Shown here piece after piece: positions 27,180 to 36,370 of a stretch of 36,370 nucleotides of DNA (its first letter is position 1; each line of letters opens with the position of its first letter). The position numbers and the translations under genes were made by a program. The notes under the pieces are model-generated. The model worked only from the letters and a program-made list of their open reading frames with translations, was not told the DNA's origin and made no database searches. The stretch is from Thermotogota bacterium (GTDB lineage: Bacteria; Thermotogota; Thermotogae; Petrotogales; Petrotogaceae): assembly GCA_051748045.1 (NCBI GenBank), contig JBNJGY010000015.1, forward strand, positions 1 to 36,370. Reading direction: 5' to 3'.

Positions 27180-27599
27180 TTAGTCTATAATTTTTATTTC
27201 GAAATCTACATTAGCTGTACCTTTAAAAATGGCTGATGCTGCGCAATATTTATCTTGAGATAAATTCACTGCTCTTTCTAATTTATCCATAGGCAAATCC
27301 TTACCTTTGAATATGTATACAATTTTTATATCTGTATATATTTTCGGTTGTTCATCTCTTCTGTCTGCTTCAATTTTAATTTTAAATTCATCATATTCAA
27401 CTTTCATTTTTTCTAAAATCATCGAAACATCAACACCTGTACATCCCGCTAAACCAGAAAGCATTAATTCCATAGGTCTTGCTGCTGAATCTGTTCCACC
27501 TATTTCTATGTTCGCATCTGTATGAACATCATGTCCAGTTGGTGTTTTTGTGTAAAAATGTTTTTTGCTTATTTCTTTAAATTCCATTTCTGTTATCAT
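27180..27599 (-). CDS. OsmC/YhfA family protein
   Basis: RPMELML.GLAGCTGVDV and AVNLSQDKYC two-Cys motifs. Confidence 0.92.
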   Translation of the reverse strand: MITEMEFKEISKKHFYTKTPTGHDVHTDANIEIGGTDSAARPMELMLSGLAGCTGVDVSMILEKMKVEYDEFKIKIEADRRDEQPKIYTDIKIVYIFKGKDLPMDKLERAVNLSQDKYCAASAIFKGTANVDFEIKIID

Positions 27600-27737
27600 A
27601 AAATACCCCCTTATGCTATTTTATATAATTATAACATATATATAATTCTTATAAATTTTATCCAATTTGCATTAATATTAAAATTTTATTAATGGACATA
27701 TAAAACAAAAATGTTAATATATACTTGGAGGTGTGAG

Positions 27738-28496
27738 ATGAAAATATTAATTTCGAATGATGATGGGATAATGGCCCCAGGTATAAGTACTTTAAAAAGC
27801 TATTTAGAGAAAGAGCATGAAGTTTATGTCGTGGCACCAGATGTAGAAAGATCAGCAACTGGTCATGCTATAACAATTAGAAACCCTCTATGGGCAAAAA
27901 AAGTTGAGATAAATCAAAAGTTCTTTGGATATGCTGTTAACGGAACACCTGCAGATTGTGTAAAGCTTGGAGCACTAGCAATTTATAAAGATGTTGAATT
28001 TGATTTAGTGATAAGTGGTATCAATAAAGGTGCAAATATGGGTACAGATATATTATATTCCGGCACTGTATCAGCAGCTTTAGAAGGGGCTATAGTAGGC
28101 TATCCCTCAATAGCTGTATCTTGTGTTGAGTTTAATGAACCAATGTTTGAGACCGCAGCTAAATCCATTTTAAAATTATTAAAAAAAATAGATGTTAAAA
28201 AGATACCTGAATTCACAACATTGAATGTCAACGTTCCCAATGTTGATATCGATAGCATAAAAGGTTTCAAAGTAACAAGACAAAGTACTAGAAGATATGA
28301 AGATTATTTCGAGGAAAGAAAAGATCCTTATGGAAATTCATATTATTGGATGTTAGGAAAAGTTGTAGAAGATGATGATACCGATAATTCTGATTATCAT
28401 TATATCAATCAAAATTATGTATCAATTACTCCTTTGTCTGTCTTTTTAACAAACAAAGAATATTTAGATAAATTAATAAGAGTTATCGAGGAGTGA
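27738..28496 (+). CDS. surE: 5'/3'-nucleotidase SurE
   Basis: ILISNDDG, GTPADCV, SGIN.G.N, YSGTVSAA.EG; ATG 27738 behind GGAGGTG. Confidence 0.96.
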   Translation: MKILISNDDGIMAPGISTLKSYLEKEHEVYVVAPDVERSATGHAITIRNPLWAKKVEINQKFFGYAVNGTPADCVKLGALAIYKDVEFDLVISGINKGANMGTDILYSGTVSAALEGAIVGYPSIAVSCVEFNEPMFETAAKSILKLLKKIDVKKIPEFTTLNVNVPNVDIDSIKGFKVTRQSTRRYEDYFEERKDPYGNSYYWMLGKVVEDDDTDNSDYHYINQNYVSITPLSVFLTNKEYLDKLIRVIEE

Positions 28497-28502
28497 TAGT
28501 AA

Positions 28503-29024
28503 ATGGAAGTTAGATTAATTGGAGATCCTGTTTTAAGAGGTAAAACAGAAGAAATTAAAATTTTTGATGAAAGATTTAGAGATTTAATCGATAAAATGTA
28601 CTCCGAAATGTATAAGTCTGATGGAGTGGGCTTAGCTGCTCCACAGGTTGGAATGCCTTATAAATTTTTTGTAATGGACGATGGGCAGGGGAAAAAAGCA
28701 GTTATTAACCCAAAAATTTTATCTTTTAGTGACGAAAATATTACTTTTGAAGAAGGTTGTTTAAGTATCCCGGAAATCTTTGCTGAGATAGAAAGACCAA
28801 AAACTATAAAAGTTGAATATTATAATGAGTATGGAGAAAAAATTGAAGAAGAGTTGACAGACTATACTGCAAGAATTTTCCAACATGAAAATGATCATTT
28901 AAATGGTATTTTATTTACTGATAAATTAAGCGTAGTTTCAAAACAAAGAATCAAGAAAAAATTACAAGAGTTAATAAAAGAAGGTAAAAAACAAGGTAAA
29001 GAACTTGGAGAAATAAAAATATGA
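28503..29024 (+). CDS. def: Peptide deformylase
   Basis: GVGLAAPQVG, EGCLSIP, QHENDHL. Confidence 0.97.
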   Translation: MEVRLIGDPVLRGKTEEIKIFDERFRDLIDKMYSEMYKSDGVGLAAPQVGMPYKFFVMDDGQGKKAVINPKILSFSDENITFEEGCLSIPEIFAEIERPKTIKVEYYNEYGEKIEEELTDYTARIFQHENDHLNGILFTDKLSVVSKQRIKKKLQELIKEGKKQGKELGEIKI

Positions 29025-29953
29025 AAAGTCCTAAAGATTTAAGAATTATTTTTATGGGTACTCCAGAATTTGCTGCATTAAATTTAGCCCATTTAATTAA
29101 AAAAGAGTACAATATTATAGCAGTAGTTTCTCAACCTGATAAACCTCATGGAAGAGGAAGAAAACTTAAACAAACTCCTGTAAAAAAAATTGCGCTTGAT
29201 CACAATATAAAAATTTTTCAACCCGAAAAAATGAAAGAAATATATGAAGACATAGAAAAACTAAAACCTGATATGATAATAACTGTAGCGTTTGGAAAAA
29301 TTCTAAGAGAAAAATTAATAAAGATACCAGAATATGGCTGTTGGAATGTTCATACATCTTTATTACCAAAGTACAGGGGAGCTGCTCCTATGCAAAGAGC
29401 AATTGAAAATGGGGAAAAAGAAACAGGAATAACCATTTTTAAAATAGTTAAAGAATTAGATGCTGGACCTATTGCTTTACAAAAGAAAATAAATATTAAA
29501 GAAAACGATAATTTAGAATCTGTTTATGAAAAACTACTCAAAAAATCAAAAGAAGGATTAGTAGAATTCATTAACAATTATAAAGAAATTGAATTAAAAG
29601 AACAAAATGATGAAAATGCTAACTATGCGGAAAAAATTACAAAAGAAGAAATGAAACTAAATTTTGAAGACGTGTATAACACTCATAATAAAATAAGAGC
29701 TTTTGATCCTTTCCCAGGCACATTTGCTTTATACAATAATAAAAAAATAAAACTATTTGAAAGTGAAATTTATGAAAAGAATTATCCAGGTACACCGGGT
29801 AAAATTCATGGTTTAGATAATTCAGATATTTTAATAGAAACAAAAAATGGAATTTTAAGTGTTTCTAAAATACAATTCCCAGGCAAAAAGACTATGACAG
29901 GAAAAGATGCTTTCAACGGAAATTTAATATATAAAAATGATGTATTAAACTAA
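29021..29953 (+). CDS. fmt: Methionyl-tRNA formyltransferase
   Basis: FMGTPEFA, QPD, NVHTSLLPKYRGAAP, LDAGP; follows def. Confidence 0.97.
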   Translation: MKSPKDLRIIFMGTPEFAALNLAHLIKKEYNIIAVVSQPDKPHGRGRKLKQTPVKKIALDHNIKIFQPEKMKEIYEDIEKLKPDMIITVAFGKILREKLIKIPEYGCWNVHTSLLPKYRGAAPMQRAIENGEKETGITIFKIVKELDAGPIALQKKINIKENDNLESVYEKLLKKSKEGLVEFINNYKEIELKEQNDENANYAEKITKEEMKLNFEDVYNTHNKIRAFDPFPGTFALYNNKKIKLFESEIYEKNYPGTPGKIHGLDNSDILIETKNGILSVSKIQFPGKKTMTGKDAFNGNLIYKNDVLN

Positions 29954-29987
29954 AACAGAGATAGTTTAGATAACTATCTCTGTTTTA
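29951..29987. terminator. Bidirectional terminator (fmt / tatD)
   Basis: Long perfect stem TAAAACAGAGATAGTT/AACTATCTCTGTTTTA. Confidence 0.88.
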
Positions 29988-30755
29988 TTATTTACTTATA
30001 TTAAATAATTTATTTGAATTACTTTTCAATTGAGAAGCTATTCTTTCATCATATATTTCTTTAACTTTTGTAATTTCTTCATAAACGTATTTAACTTTCA
30101 AAGGGTCATTTCTTTTCCCTCTAAAAGGTACTGGAGGAAGAAAAGGTGAATCTGTCTCAGGCAATATTTTATCTAAAGGTGTTTTTTTCACCACCTGTCT
30201 TAAATCATCATTTTTCGGATAAGTTAGTGGTCCATCAACCCCAAGATAAAGACCCAAGTCGAGATATTTTTTTGCATCTTTCCAATCTGATGAAAAACAA
30301 TGAACTACCCCTCCAGCATCTGGTAATCCTATTTTTTTTATATAATCATAAGCTTCATCATAAGCATCTCTTATATGAAAAACAATAGGTTTGTTATACT
30401 TTTTTGCTAATTCCATTTGCATTCCTAACGCTTTAAATTGTTTATTCTTATCTGTATCCCAGTGAAAATCAAGTCCTATCTCACCAATAGCAACAATTTT
30501 TTCTTCTTCTAAATTTTTTTCCATAAAAGCAAGGTCATCTTCAGTAAAATTCTCAGTATCTGTTGGGTGAAATCCAACTGTCCCATAAATAAAATCATAC
30601 TTTTTTACGTTTTCCAAGACCTTTGTTATAGAATCTCTGTCAATCCCTATATCAATAATATAATCAAGATTTTTGGATATTTCTTCTAAGAGAGACTCTC
30701 TATCTTCATCAAAACGTTTTAAATAAGTATGTGAGTGTGTATCTATATATCTCAA
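29988..30755 (-). CDS. tatD: TatD family metal-dependent DNase
   Basis: IDTHSH, GFHP, AIGEIGLD, H.R, HCFS, ETDSPFL; likely TTG start at 30755 behind GGAGG. Confidence 0.93.
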   Translation of the reverse strand: MRYIDTHSHTYLKRFDEDRESLLEEISKNLDYIIDIGIDRDSITKVLENVKKYDFIYGTVGFHPTDTENFTEDDLAFMEKNLEEEKIVAIGEIGLDFHWDTDKNKQFKALGMQMELAKKYNKPIVFHIRDAYDEAYDYIKKIGLPDAGGVVHCFSSDWKDAKKYLDLGLYLGVDGPLTYPKNDDLRQVVKKTPLDKILPETDSPFLPPVPFRGKRNDPLKVKYVYEEITKVKEIYDERIASQLKSNSNKLFNISK

Positions 30756-30885
30756 AATCACACCTCCCGAATTAAAGATTATCAAAGATATATTTTTATT
30801 ATTTTAAAGTTATGAAAACCTTTATTTGATAATATTAAATGTACTTAATTTTTGTAAATAAAATTATTATAAAGGGGCGCTATAC

Positions 30886-31887
30886 ATGAAAAAAATTATT
30901 ATTTCTTTTTTAGTTTTAGTTATTGGTTTAATCTCTTTTTCAGAGGTTTATATTTTCTTATATCATAGATTCGATGATGAAAGATACCCTTCTACAAGTA
31001 CTTCAATAGAAGAAATTAAAGATCATATAAGAATTGTTAGAGAAAAAGGATTTAAAATTTTAGATCACAAAAATTTTTTAGATTATGTTAATGGAGAAAA
31101 AGATTATGATAAAGCTGTTTTGTTTACAGTAGATGATGGATATAAGACCACTGAAAAAGCTCATAATCTTTTTGTCGAAGAAGATATTCCTTATCTTCTA
31201 TTCATAAATACAGGAAATGTAGGTTTTCCAGATTATTTGACTTGGGAACAAATAAAGGATTTTGATAAGTATGAAAATCTGGATTTAGGTCTACATTCCC
31301 ATGAACACGATAATTTCCTATATATGTTAGAACAAAAAGGAAAAGAAAAAACATTAGAATTTTTTGAAGAAGATTTAATAAAATCTCAGAATATTTTTAA
31401 GGAAAAGCTGGGTTACAAATCAGAAATATACGCTTATCCGTACGGTTATTACATGTTTGGTATGGATGACATTTTAAAAGAAAATAATTTTCTTTATGCC
31501 TTTTCACAGGATATGGGCCCGTACACTAATGAATACGGTAATTTTTTTATTCCGCGAGAGCCATTATTGCTGGATTGGGCTACTGAAGATCACTTAAACT
31601 ATATATTAAAAAGAAAGGCTCTTGTTACTGCTTCAAGGTATCCTATTGAAATATCTGTTGAAGAAGATTTTCAAATATCTTTAACTACTAATGAAAATAT
31701 AAGAGACACTAAATTATACATATCTCAAGAAGGATTAGTTGAAACCATTCAAGAAGATAATAAAATATATTCAAAAAAATCTTTTACATCTAAACAATTA
31801 TTAAATAGAATAGCAATTTTTGCTAGAGATGTAGAAACTGGTAGAGAAAAAGTTAAATACTGGTTATTAAGAACTATAGGGGAGTGA
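30886..31887 (+). CDS. Secreted polysaccharide deacetylase (CE4/NodB, IcaB/PgaB-like)
   Basis: Signal peptide; LYHRF, FTVDDGY, HSHEH, YAYPYG. Confidence 0.88.
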   Translation: MKKIIISFLVLVIGLISFSEVYIFLYHRFDDERYPSTSTSIEEIKDHIRIVREKGFKILDHKNFLDYVNGEKDYDKAVLFTVDDGYKTTEKAHNLFVEEDIPYLLFINTGNVGFPDYLTWEQIKDFDKYENLDLGLHSHEHDNFLYMLEQKGKEKTLEFFEEDLIKSQNIFKEKLGYKSEIYAYPYGYYMFGMDDILKENNFLYAFSQDMGPYTNEYGNFFIPREPLLLDWATEDHLNYILKRKALVTASRYPIEISVEEDFQISLTTNENIRDTKLYISQEGLVETIQEDNKIYSKKSFTSKQLLNRIAIFARDVETGREKVKYWLLRTIGE

Positions 31888-31891
31888 ATTT

Positions 31892-32740
31892 ATGAAAAAT
31901 ATAATACCTTTTATTTATATACTATTTTCCATAATACTCGTATTAATTATTGTAATCAATGTGGATGGAAAATATAGTCAAGAAACAACAAACAAAAAAG
32001 AAATAATCTCAGAATATTCTATAAAAAATAAACAAATAGATTGGGATTATGTGTATTATAGAGATTGGGAAGATTTAGATAATTATTTTAATGAAATCAA
32101 CTTTTATTTAGATAGTGAAACTATCCCAACAATAATTGTAGAGAGATTCCCCAATAATTTAAACAACATAAATGATATTAATAAGAAAAAAAATACTTTT
32201 ATAAAAATAATGCTTCCAATTATTAAAAAAGTAAATTTAACAATAGAATATGAAAGAAAACAAATTCTGGAAGGGAATATAACAGAAAAATTAATTGACA
32301 AATATTCAACAGAAGATAATGACATTCTTTTAAGAAGGGTTCAACCAATACCAACTCATATCGCCTTGGGACAATCAGCAAAAGAATCTGGATGGGGAAC
32401 TTCAAGATTTGCTATTGAAGGAAACAATATTTTTGGAGAGTGGACATGGGAAGAAGGAACGGGGATAATCCCTTCTGGAAGACCAGAGGGAGAAATCTAT
32501 GAAGTCAAAAAATTTGATTCTTTAGTAGATTCAATGGAGAGTTATGCCCTAAAATTGAACACATTAGATTACTATTCTGATTTTAGGAAAATAAGAAACA
32601 ATGAAATTAATAATAAAAGATTAACAGAAGGTCTTTTATACTATTCACAACAGAGAGAAATATACATTGAATCATTATCTAATTTAATTGACACAAATAA
32701 TTTCAAAAAATATAACAGCTATTCTTTAAAAAATAAATAA
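31892..32740 (+). CDS. Membrane-anchored glucosaminidase (GH73, Bax-like) peptidoglycan hydrolase
   Basis: N-terminal TM; KKNTFI....P, QSAKESGWGTSRFAIEGNNIFG, Y...LNT...Y..FR. Confidence 0.88.
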   Translation: MKNIIPFIYILFSIILVLIIVINVDGKYSQETTNKKEIISEYSIKNKQIDWDYVYYRDWEDLDNYFNEINFYLDSETIPTIIVERFPNNLNNINDINKKKNTFIKIMLPIIKKVNLTIEYERKQILEGNITEKLIDKYSTEDNDILLRRVQPIPTHIALGQSAKESGWGTSRFAIEGNNIFGEWTWEEGTGIIPSGRPEGEIYEVKKFDSLVDSMESYALKLNTLDYYSDFRKIRNNEINNKRLTEGLLYYSQQREIYIESLSNLIDTNNFKKYNSYSLKNK

Positions 32741-32780
32741 TACAATTAATTATGATAAAATATATATAGGAGAAAATAAT

Positions 32781-33605
32781 ATGAAGACATTCGTTTTTGA
32801 TCTTGATGGAACCCTCTTGAACTCAAATATAAAAGTATCAGAAAAAAACAAAAAAACTCTTAAAAAAATTATAGAAAAAAAACATAATTTAATTTTAGCA
32901 AGCGGGAGAATGTATAGTTCTATGATGCACATTATAGATTACTATATACCTTTTGTAGAAAATTATGCCCATATAGTATCATATAATGGTGCTTATGTTG
33001 TTGATAATCAAAACCAAGTTCTAGTTGAGGAAGGAGTAAATTCTGAAATAGCAAAAGAAATCATTAGATATTTAAGAATAAAAAATTTACATAGACAAAT
33101 TTATGTCAAAGATGAACTAATTGTTGAAGAGGACAATCAAGAAATAAGAGACTATGCAAAACATGCATCAGTAAAATATGAAGTAGTATATGATCTTATA
33201 GATTTTATAAACAAAAATAAAAACCTCCCTTTAAAACTTTTAGCAGTGGGAGAGAATAAAAAATTATTAAAAATTCAAAAAGAATTATCAAACAAATACA
33301 GTAATTATCTAAATATAATAATGTCATTTCATTCTTTTTTAGATATAATTCCCAAAAATACTTCTAAAGGGTTGGCATTAGATAAACTTTCTAAATTATA
33401 TAATTTTGATTTGAAAAAGGCCCATATATTTGGAGATTCAGAAAATGATATTTCAATGCTTGAAAAAACTAATAATTCATATGCAATGGGAAACGCTAAT
33501 GAAAAAGTAAGACAAATCGCAAGGTATACAGTTCCTTCAAATGATAAAGAGGGTGTTGCTTATGCTGTTGAAAAAATACTTAGTAATGGTTTTTATTCTG
33601 ATTAG
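32781..33605 (+). CDS. Cof-type HAD-IIB phosphatase
   Basis: FDLDGTLL, ASGR, NGA, SKG, FGDSENDISM, AMGNA. Confidence 0.93.
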   Translation: MKTFVFDLDGTLLNSNIKVSEKNKKTLKKIIEKKHNLILASGRMYSSMMHIIDYYIPFVENYAHIVSYNGAYVVDNQNQVLVEEGVNSEIAKEIIRYLRIKNLHRQIYVKDELIVEEDNQEIRDYAKHASVKYEVVYDLIDFINKNKNLPLKLLAVGENKKLLKIQKELSNKYSNYLNIIMSFHSFLDIIPKNTSKGLALDKLSKLYNFDLKKAHIFGDSENDISMLEKTNNSYAMGNANEKVRQIARYTVPSNDKEGVAYAVEKILSNGFYSD

Positions 33606-34362
33606 CTTTCTTGCTTATTCAGAAATAAATCTGTACAATTCAAAAAATGAAAACATAGGAAAAGTATATCAGAATTATGAATCTATAACTATAGAGAACA
33701 ACAACATGATAAATGGTTACATATTAGATCTATCAGATTTTGATGAAGAACTTTGTTATTTAGCTTTAGGAACAATAAGAAACTATAATTTAATAGAAGA
33801 TCTTTTTAGAGATATAGGTGTATTATTAAAAAACAAGAATATAGACTTTGTTATTTTTGGTAATTTAGAGCCATTAAACGAATCAAAAGAAAATAAACTA
33901 GAATATATTGCTAGATCTCCATATATAATTTCTGAAATACTGTACAGGATGATCAGAGGATTTGAAACTTCTGGGGTTTATCCAGTAATAAAAATAGACT
34001 CTAAATCTAATAAAAATGTTATAGACTCTCTTTTATCAAAGTCAGGTTCTTTTCTATCTTATTCCTCTGAGATATCTGATGCTGATTTTATTAAAGAAAA
34101 TGCAAAAATAACATTTTTGAAAAACTATGATCTAAAATTAAAATGGAATTTAACTAATAATAATTTCGATAATAATATAGTAAAAATATATAAAAATAGT
34201 ATTGTTTTAAGTGGTTTCAGAAAAGATCAAAATATCCTTCTTTATAGAGAAATTAACTATTCAAATGATCGTGCTGTAACCTTCTTTTCTGAAAGTGTTA
34301 GAAGTCTAGCTGAAGAAGTTTTGAATGGTACAGAACAACCTACCGGTAATAAAAACTGGTAA
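33562..34362 (+). CDS. Secreted hypothetical protein resembling a degenerate GH3 (NagZ-like) barrel
   Basis: Signal peptide from ATG 33562 (RBS GAGGG); ALGT....L......IG..LK...ID...SPYII...IRGFETSGVYPVIK tracks GH3 N-terminal motifs but lacks KHFPGHG. Confidence 0.6.
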   Translation: MLLKKYLVMVFILISFLAYSEINLYNSKNENIGKVYQNYESITIENNNMINGYILDLSDFDEELCYLALGTIRNYNLIEDLFRDIGVLLKNKNIDFVIFGNLEPLNESKENKLEYIARSPYIISEILYRMIRGFETSGVYPVIKIDSKSNKNVIDSLLSKSGSFLSYSSEISDADFIKENAKITFLKNYDLKLKWNLTNNNFDNNIVKIYKNSIVLSGFRKDQNILLYREINYSNDRAVTFFSESVRSLAEEVLNGTEQPTGNKNW

Positions 34363-34376
34363 AAGGGGGATTTAAA

Positions 34377-34967
34377 ATGGGGGACAACACTAGCGAATTG
34401 AAAAAAAGAATAGCTTATTTAGAAAAAGAAATAAATGATTTAAAACAAAAAGAAGAGGAAATGGACGATGTTGTTAAACAGTATAATGAACTAATACAAC
34501 AAGAATTTTTGAGTTTTGAAACTTTTGTTGAAGACCTTGTTGATAGAAAGATCATTGATGAAAATACAAGAGTATATTCAAAGAATTTTTTTGATAAGTT
34601 CTTTTCAATTTACTTTCAAAAAGCTTTCGAATCTAACAATGAATGTGGAATCGTAATAATAAAAATACCTCATTTAAAAAAGTTGAAACTCAATGAAGAA
34701 AAAAAGATAGTTGAAAGACAACTAGGAAAAATCATAAGAGAAAGTGTAAGAATTCCCTTAGACTATATTTTTAGATACTCAAAAGATACCTTTGTTATTC
34801 TTCTTACAGATGTTTTTGAAGATATTTTTGAAAAAATTAAAAATAGAATAAGTGATAGAATAGAAATGTTGACAGATTACTCTGCTACAAGTGAAATAAA
34901 ATCATTTTATATACCAAGAGATAAAATATCCACTGAAGATATTTATAAAATACTTGAAGAGAAATAA
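34377..34967 (+). CDS. Coiled-coil plus degenerate GGDEF-domain protein
   Basis: N-terminal heptad coiled coil; DENTRVYSK (cf. DxLTGlyNR) and DYIFRYSKDTFVILL (cf. D.vaRyGGDEFvill). Confidence 0.75.
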   Translation: MGDNTSELKKRIAYLEKEINDLKQKEEEMDDVVKQYNELIQQEFLSFETFVEDLVDRKIIDENTRVYSKNFFDKFFSIYFQKAFESNNECGIVIIKIPHLKKLKLNEEKKIVERQLGKIIRESVRIPLDYIFRYSKDTFVILLTDVFEDIFEKIKNRISDRIEMLTDYSATSEIKSFYIPRDKISTEDIYKILEEK

Positions 34968-34988
34968 TTTATATTGGGGGTTTATTTA

Positions 34989-36278
34989 ATGAACGCTGTA
35001 AACTTAGAATCATCGGGCAAATTAATAGTTAAAGGTCCACAAACAGCAAAAGGCTCTGTAAAAATTTCAGGATCTAAAAACGCTGTTTTACCAATAATGG
35101 CAGCTACACTGTTAACAAAAGAAAAAGTCATATTGAAAAATGTTCCAGATCTAGCAGATGTCCAGACTATGATAGAAATATTAGAACATTCAGGAAAAAC
35201 TATAAATAGAAATGATGAAGTTTTAATAATTGAAGAAAAGAACGAATTAATAGGAGAAATTCCTTATGAACCAGTAAGAAAAATGAGAGCTTCATTTAAT
35301 GTGTATGGACCTCTTACATTAAGAACAAGAGAAACAAAGGTTGCATTACCTGGAGGTTGTTCCTTAGGGGTTAGACCTGTGAATTACCATTTAGAAGGTC
35401 TTAAAAAAATGGGAATAGAAAGTACAACTGAACATGGTTATGTAATGGGTAAAATAATTGATTCAAAAAATAAAATTAATATTAGTTTGCCTTTTCCAAG
35501 TGTAGGAGCAACAGAGCATCTTATTAGTTCTGCAGTATTATTAGAAGGTAAAACCATTAAAATTTCTAATTGTGCAATGGAACCAGAAATTACTGACTTG
35601 ATAGATTTTCTTTCAAAGATGGGAGCTAATATAGAAGGTAAAAATACTTCTATTATCACAATAAAAGGTGTAAAAGAATTACACGGTTTAGAATATTCTG
35701 TCAGTCCAGATAGAATTGAAGCTGGAACTTATATTATTATGGGAGCAATAATCGGAGAGAAATTAAAAATTGAGAGAGTTTGCATAGACGATCTTAGAAT
35801 TCTTTTAAATATGCTAGAAGAAATAGGTATAGAATTTGAGATATCTGAAAAAGAAAATTATGTAGAAATAAGTAAAGTAGATTTTAAAAAATTAAAAAAT
35901 TTAAATATTGATACAGCTCCTTATCCCGGATTCCCGACTGATTTACAACCACAAATATCTGTTCTTGCATCTTTAATCCCTGGTAAATCTACAATATCAG
36001 AAAATATTTTTAGTAGCAGATTCAACCATATAGATGAATTAAACAGAATGGGAGCTAAAATTAGGTTAGAAGATAACACAGCTATTATAGATGGCGTTGA
36101 TTATCTATCAGGTGCACCAATACAAGCCTCAGATTTAAGAGCTGCTGCTGCTTTATTAATAGCTGCTTTATCTGCAGAAGGAGAAAGCATAATATCTAAT
36201 ATTGATCATATCTTTAGAGGATATGAAAAGCTAAAAGAAAAACTTGATAAAATTGGAATACAAATAGAATATAACTAA
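34989..36278 (+). CDS. murA: UDP-N-acetylglucosamine 1-carboxyvinyltransferase
   Basis: SGSKNAVLP, MRAS, LPGGCSLG.RP, SVGATE, DRIEAGT, PYPGFPTDLQ, DLRA, RGYE; ATG 34989 likely start. Confidence 0.97.
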   Translation: MNAVNLESSGKLIVKGPQTAKGSVKISGSKNAVLPIMAATLLTKEKVILKNVPDLADVQTMIEILEHSGKTINRNDEVLIIEEKNELIGEIPYEPVRKMRASFNVYGPLTLRTRETKVALPGGCSLGVRPVNYHLEGLKKMGIESTTEHGYVMGKIIDSKNKINISLPFPSVGATEHLISSAVLLEGKTIKISNCAMEPEITDLIDFLSKMGANIEGKNTSIITIKGVKELHGLEYSVSPDRIEAGTYIIMGAIIGEKLKIERVCIDDLRILLNMLEEIGIEFEISEKENYVEISKVDFKKLKNLNIDTAPYPGFPTDLQPQISVLASLIPGKSTISENIFSSRFNHIDELNRMGAKIRLEDNTAIIDGVDYLSGAPIQASDLRAAAALLIAALSAEGESIISNIDHIFRGYEKLKEKLDKIGIQIEYN

Positions 36279-36282
36279 TAGT

Positions 36283-36313
36283 AAAAGCCTTTCTTAAAAA
36301 AAGAAAGGCTTTT
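36283..36313 (+). terminator. Intrinsic terminator after murA
   Basis: AAAAGCCTTTCTT-aaaaa-AAGAAAGGCTTTT, then T-rich. Confidence 0.88.
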
Positions 36314-36370
36314 GTTTTATAAATAAAAATATTTTAAAAATTCCAAATAGATATACCAGTTTAAATTATC

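Noticed and set aside
1084-35659. Short ORFs antisense to or nested in real genes (e.g. 1084-1428, 10003-10377, 15142-15609, 20924-21235, 26782-27096, 35438-35659)
   Set aside because: Shadow frames of well-supported genes, with no RBS or recognisable motifs
34989-36278. Fosfomycin-resistant MurA variant
   Set aside because: Active-site Cys is retained (LPGGCSLG), not Asp

Overview
Very AT-rich bacterial chromosomal window. Gene content and protein style suggest Thermotogota, probably Petrotogales (inference only). It is mostly core genome, with no mobile element, CRISPR array or complete RNA gene. Left part (minus strand): rpsO, then an apparently continuous 15-gene, ~13.4 kb unit: pnp, M16 peptidase, two HD-GYP paralogues, DtxR/MntR regulator, purine nucleoside phosphorylase, DHH/DHHA1 phosphoesterase, and an Mrp/Mbh-type cation:proton antiporter (E,F,G,DUF4040,B,C,D,D). 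Middle: GNAT, PadR plus CoA-disulfide/persulfide reductase-rhodanese, FAD oxidoreductase, secreted hypothetical, GIY-YIG, alpha/beta hydrolase, glutaredoxin, hpf, priA, secreted GH13, ApbC, OsmC, surE-def-fmt, TatD. Right (plus strand): envelope operon of CE4 deacetylase, GH73, HAD, GH3-like pseudo-enzyme, degenerate GGDEF and murA. Most interesting observations: (1) an Mrp subunit fused to a solute-binding-protein-like domain; (2) a CxC-bearing PadR with a 32-bp palindromic operator coupled to a persulfide reductase-like gene; (3) a CsoR/CstR-type box before the glutaredoxin; (4) a DtxR-like box in a short terminator-bounded unit (candidate sRNA); (5) a structured rpsO leader; (6) pseudo-enzymes in the murA operon.
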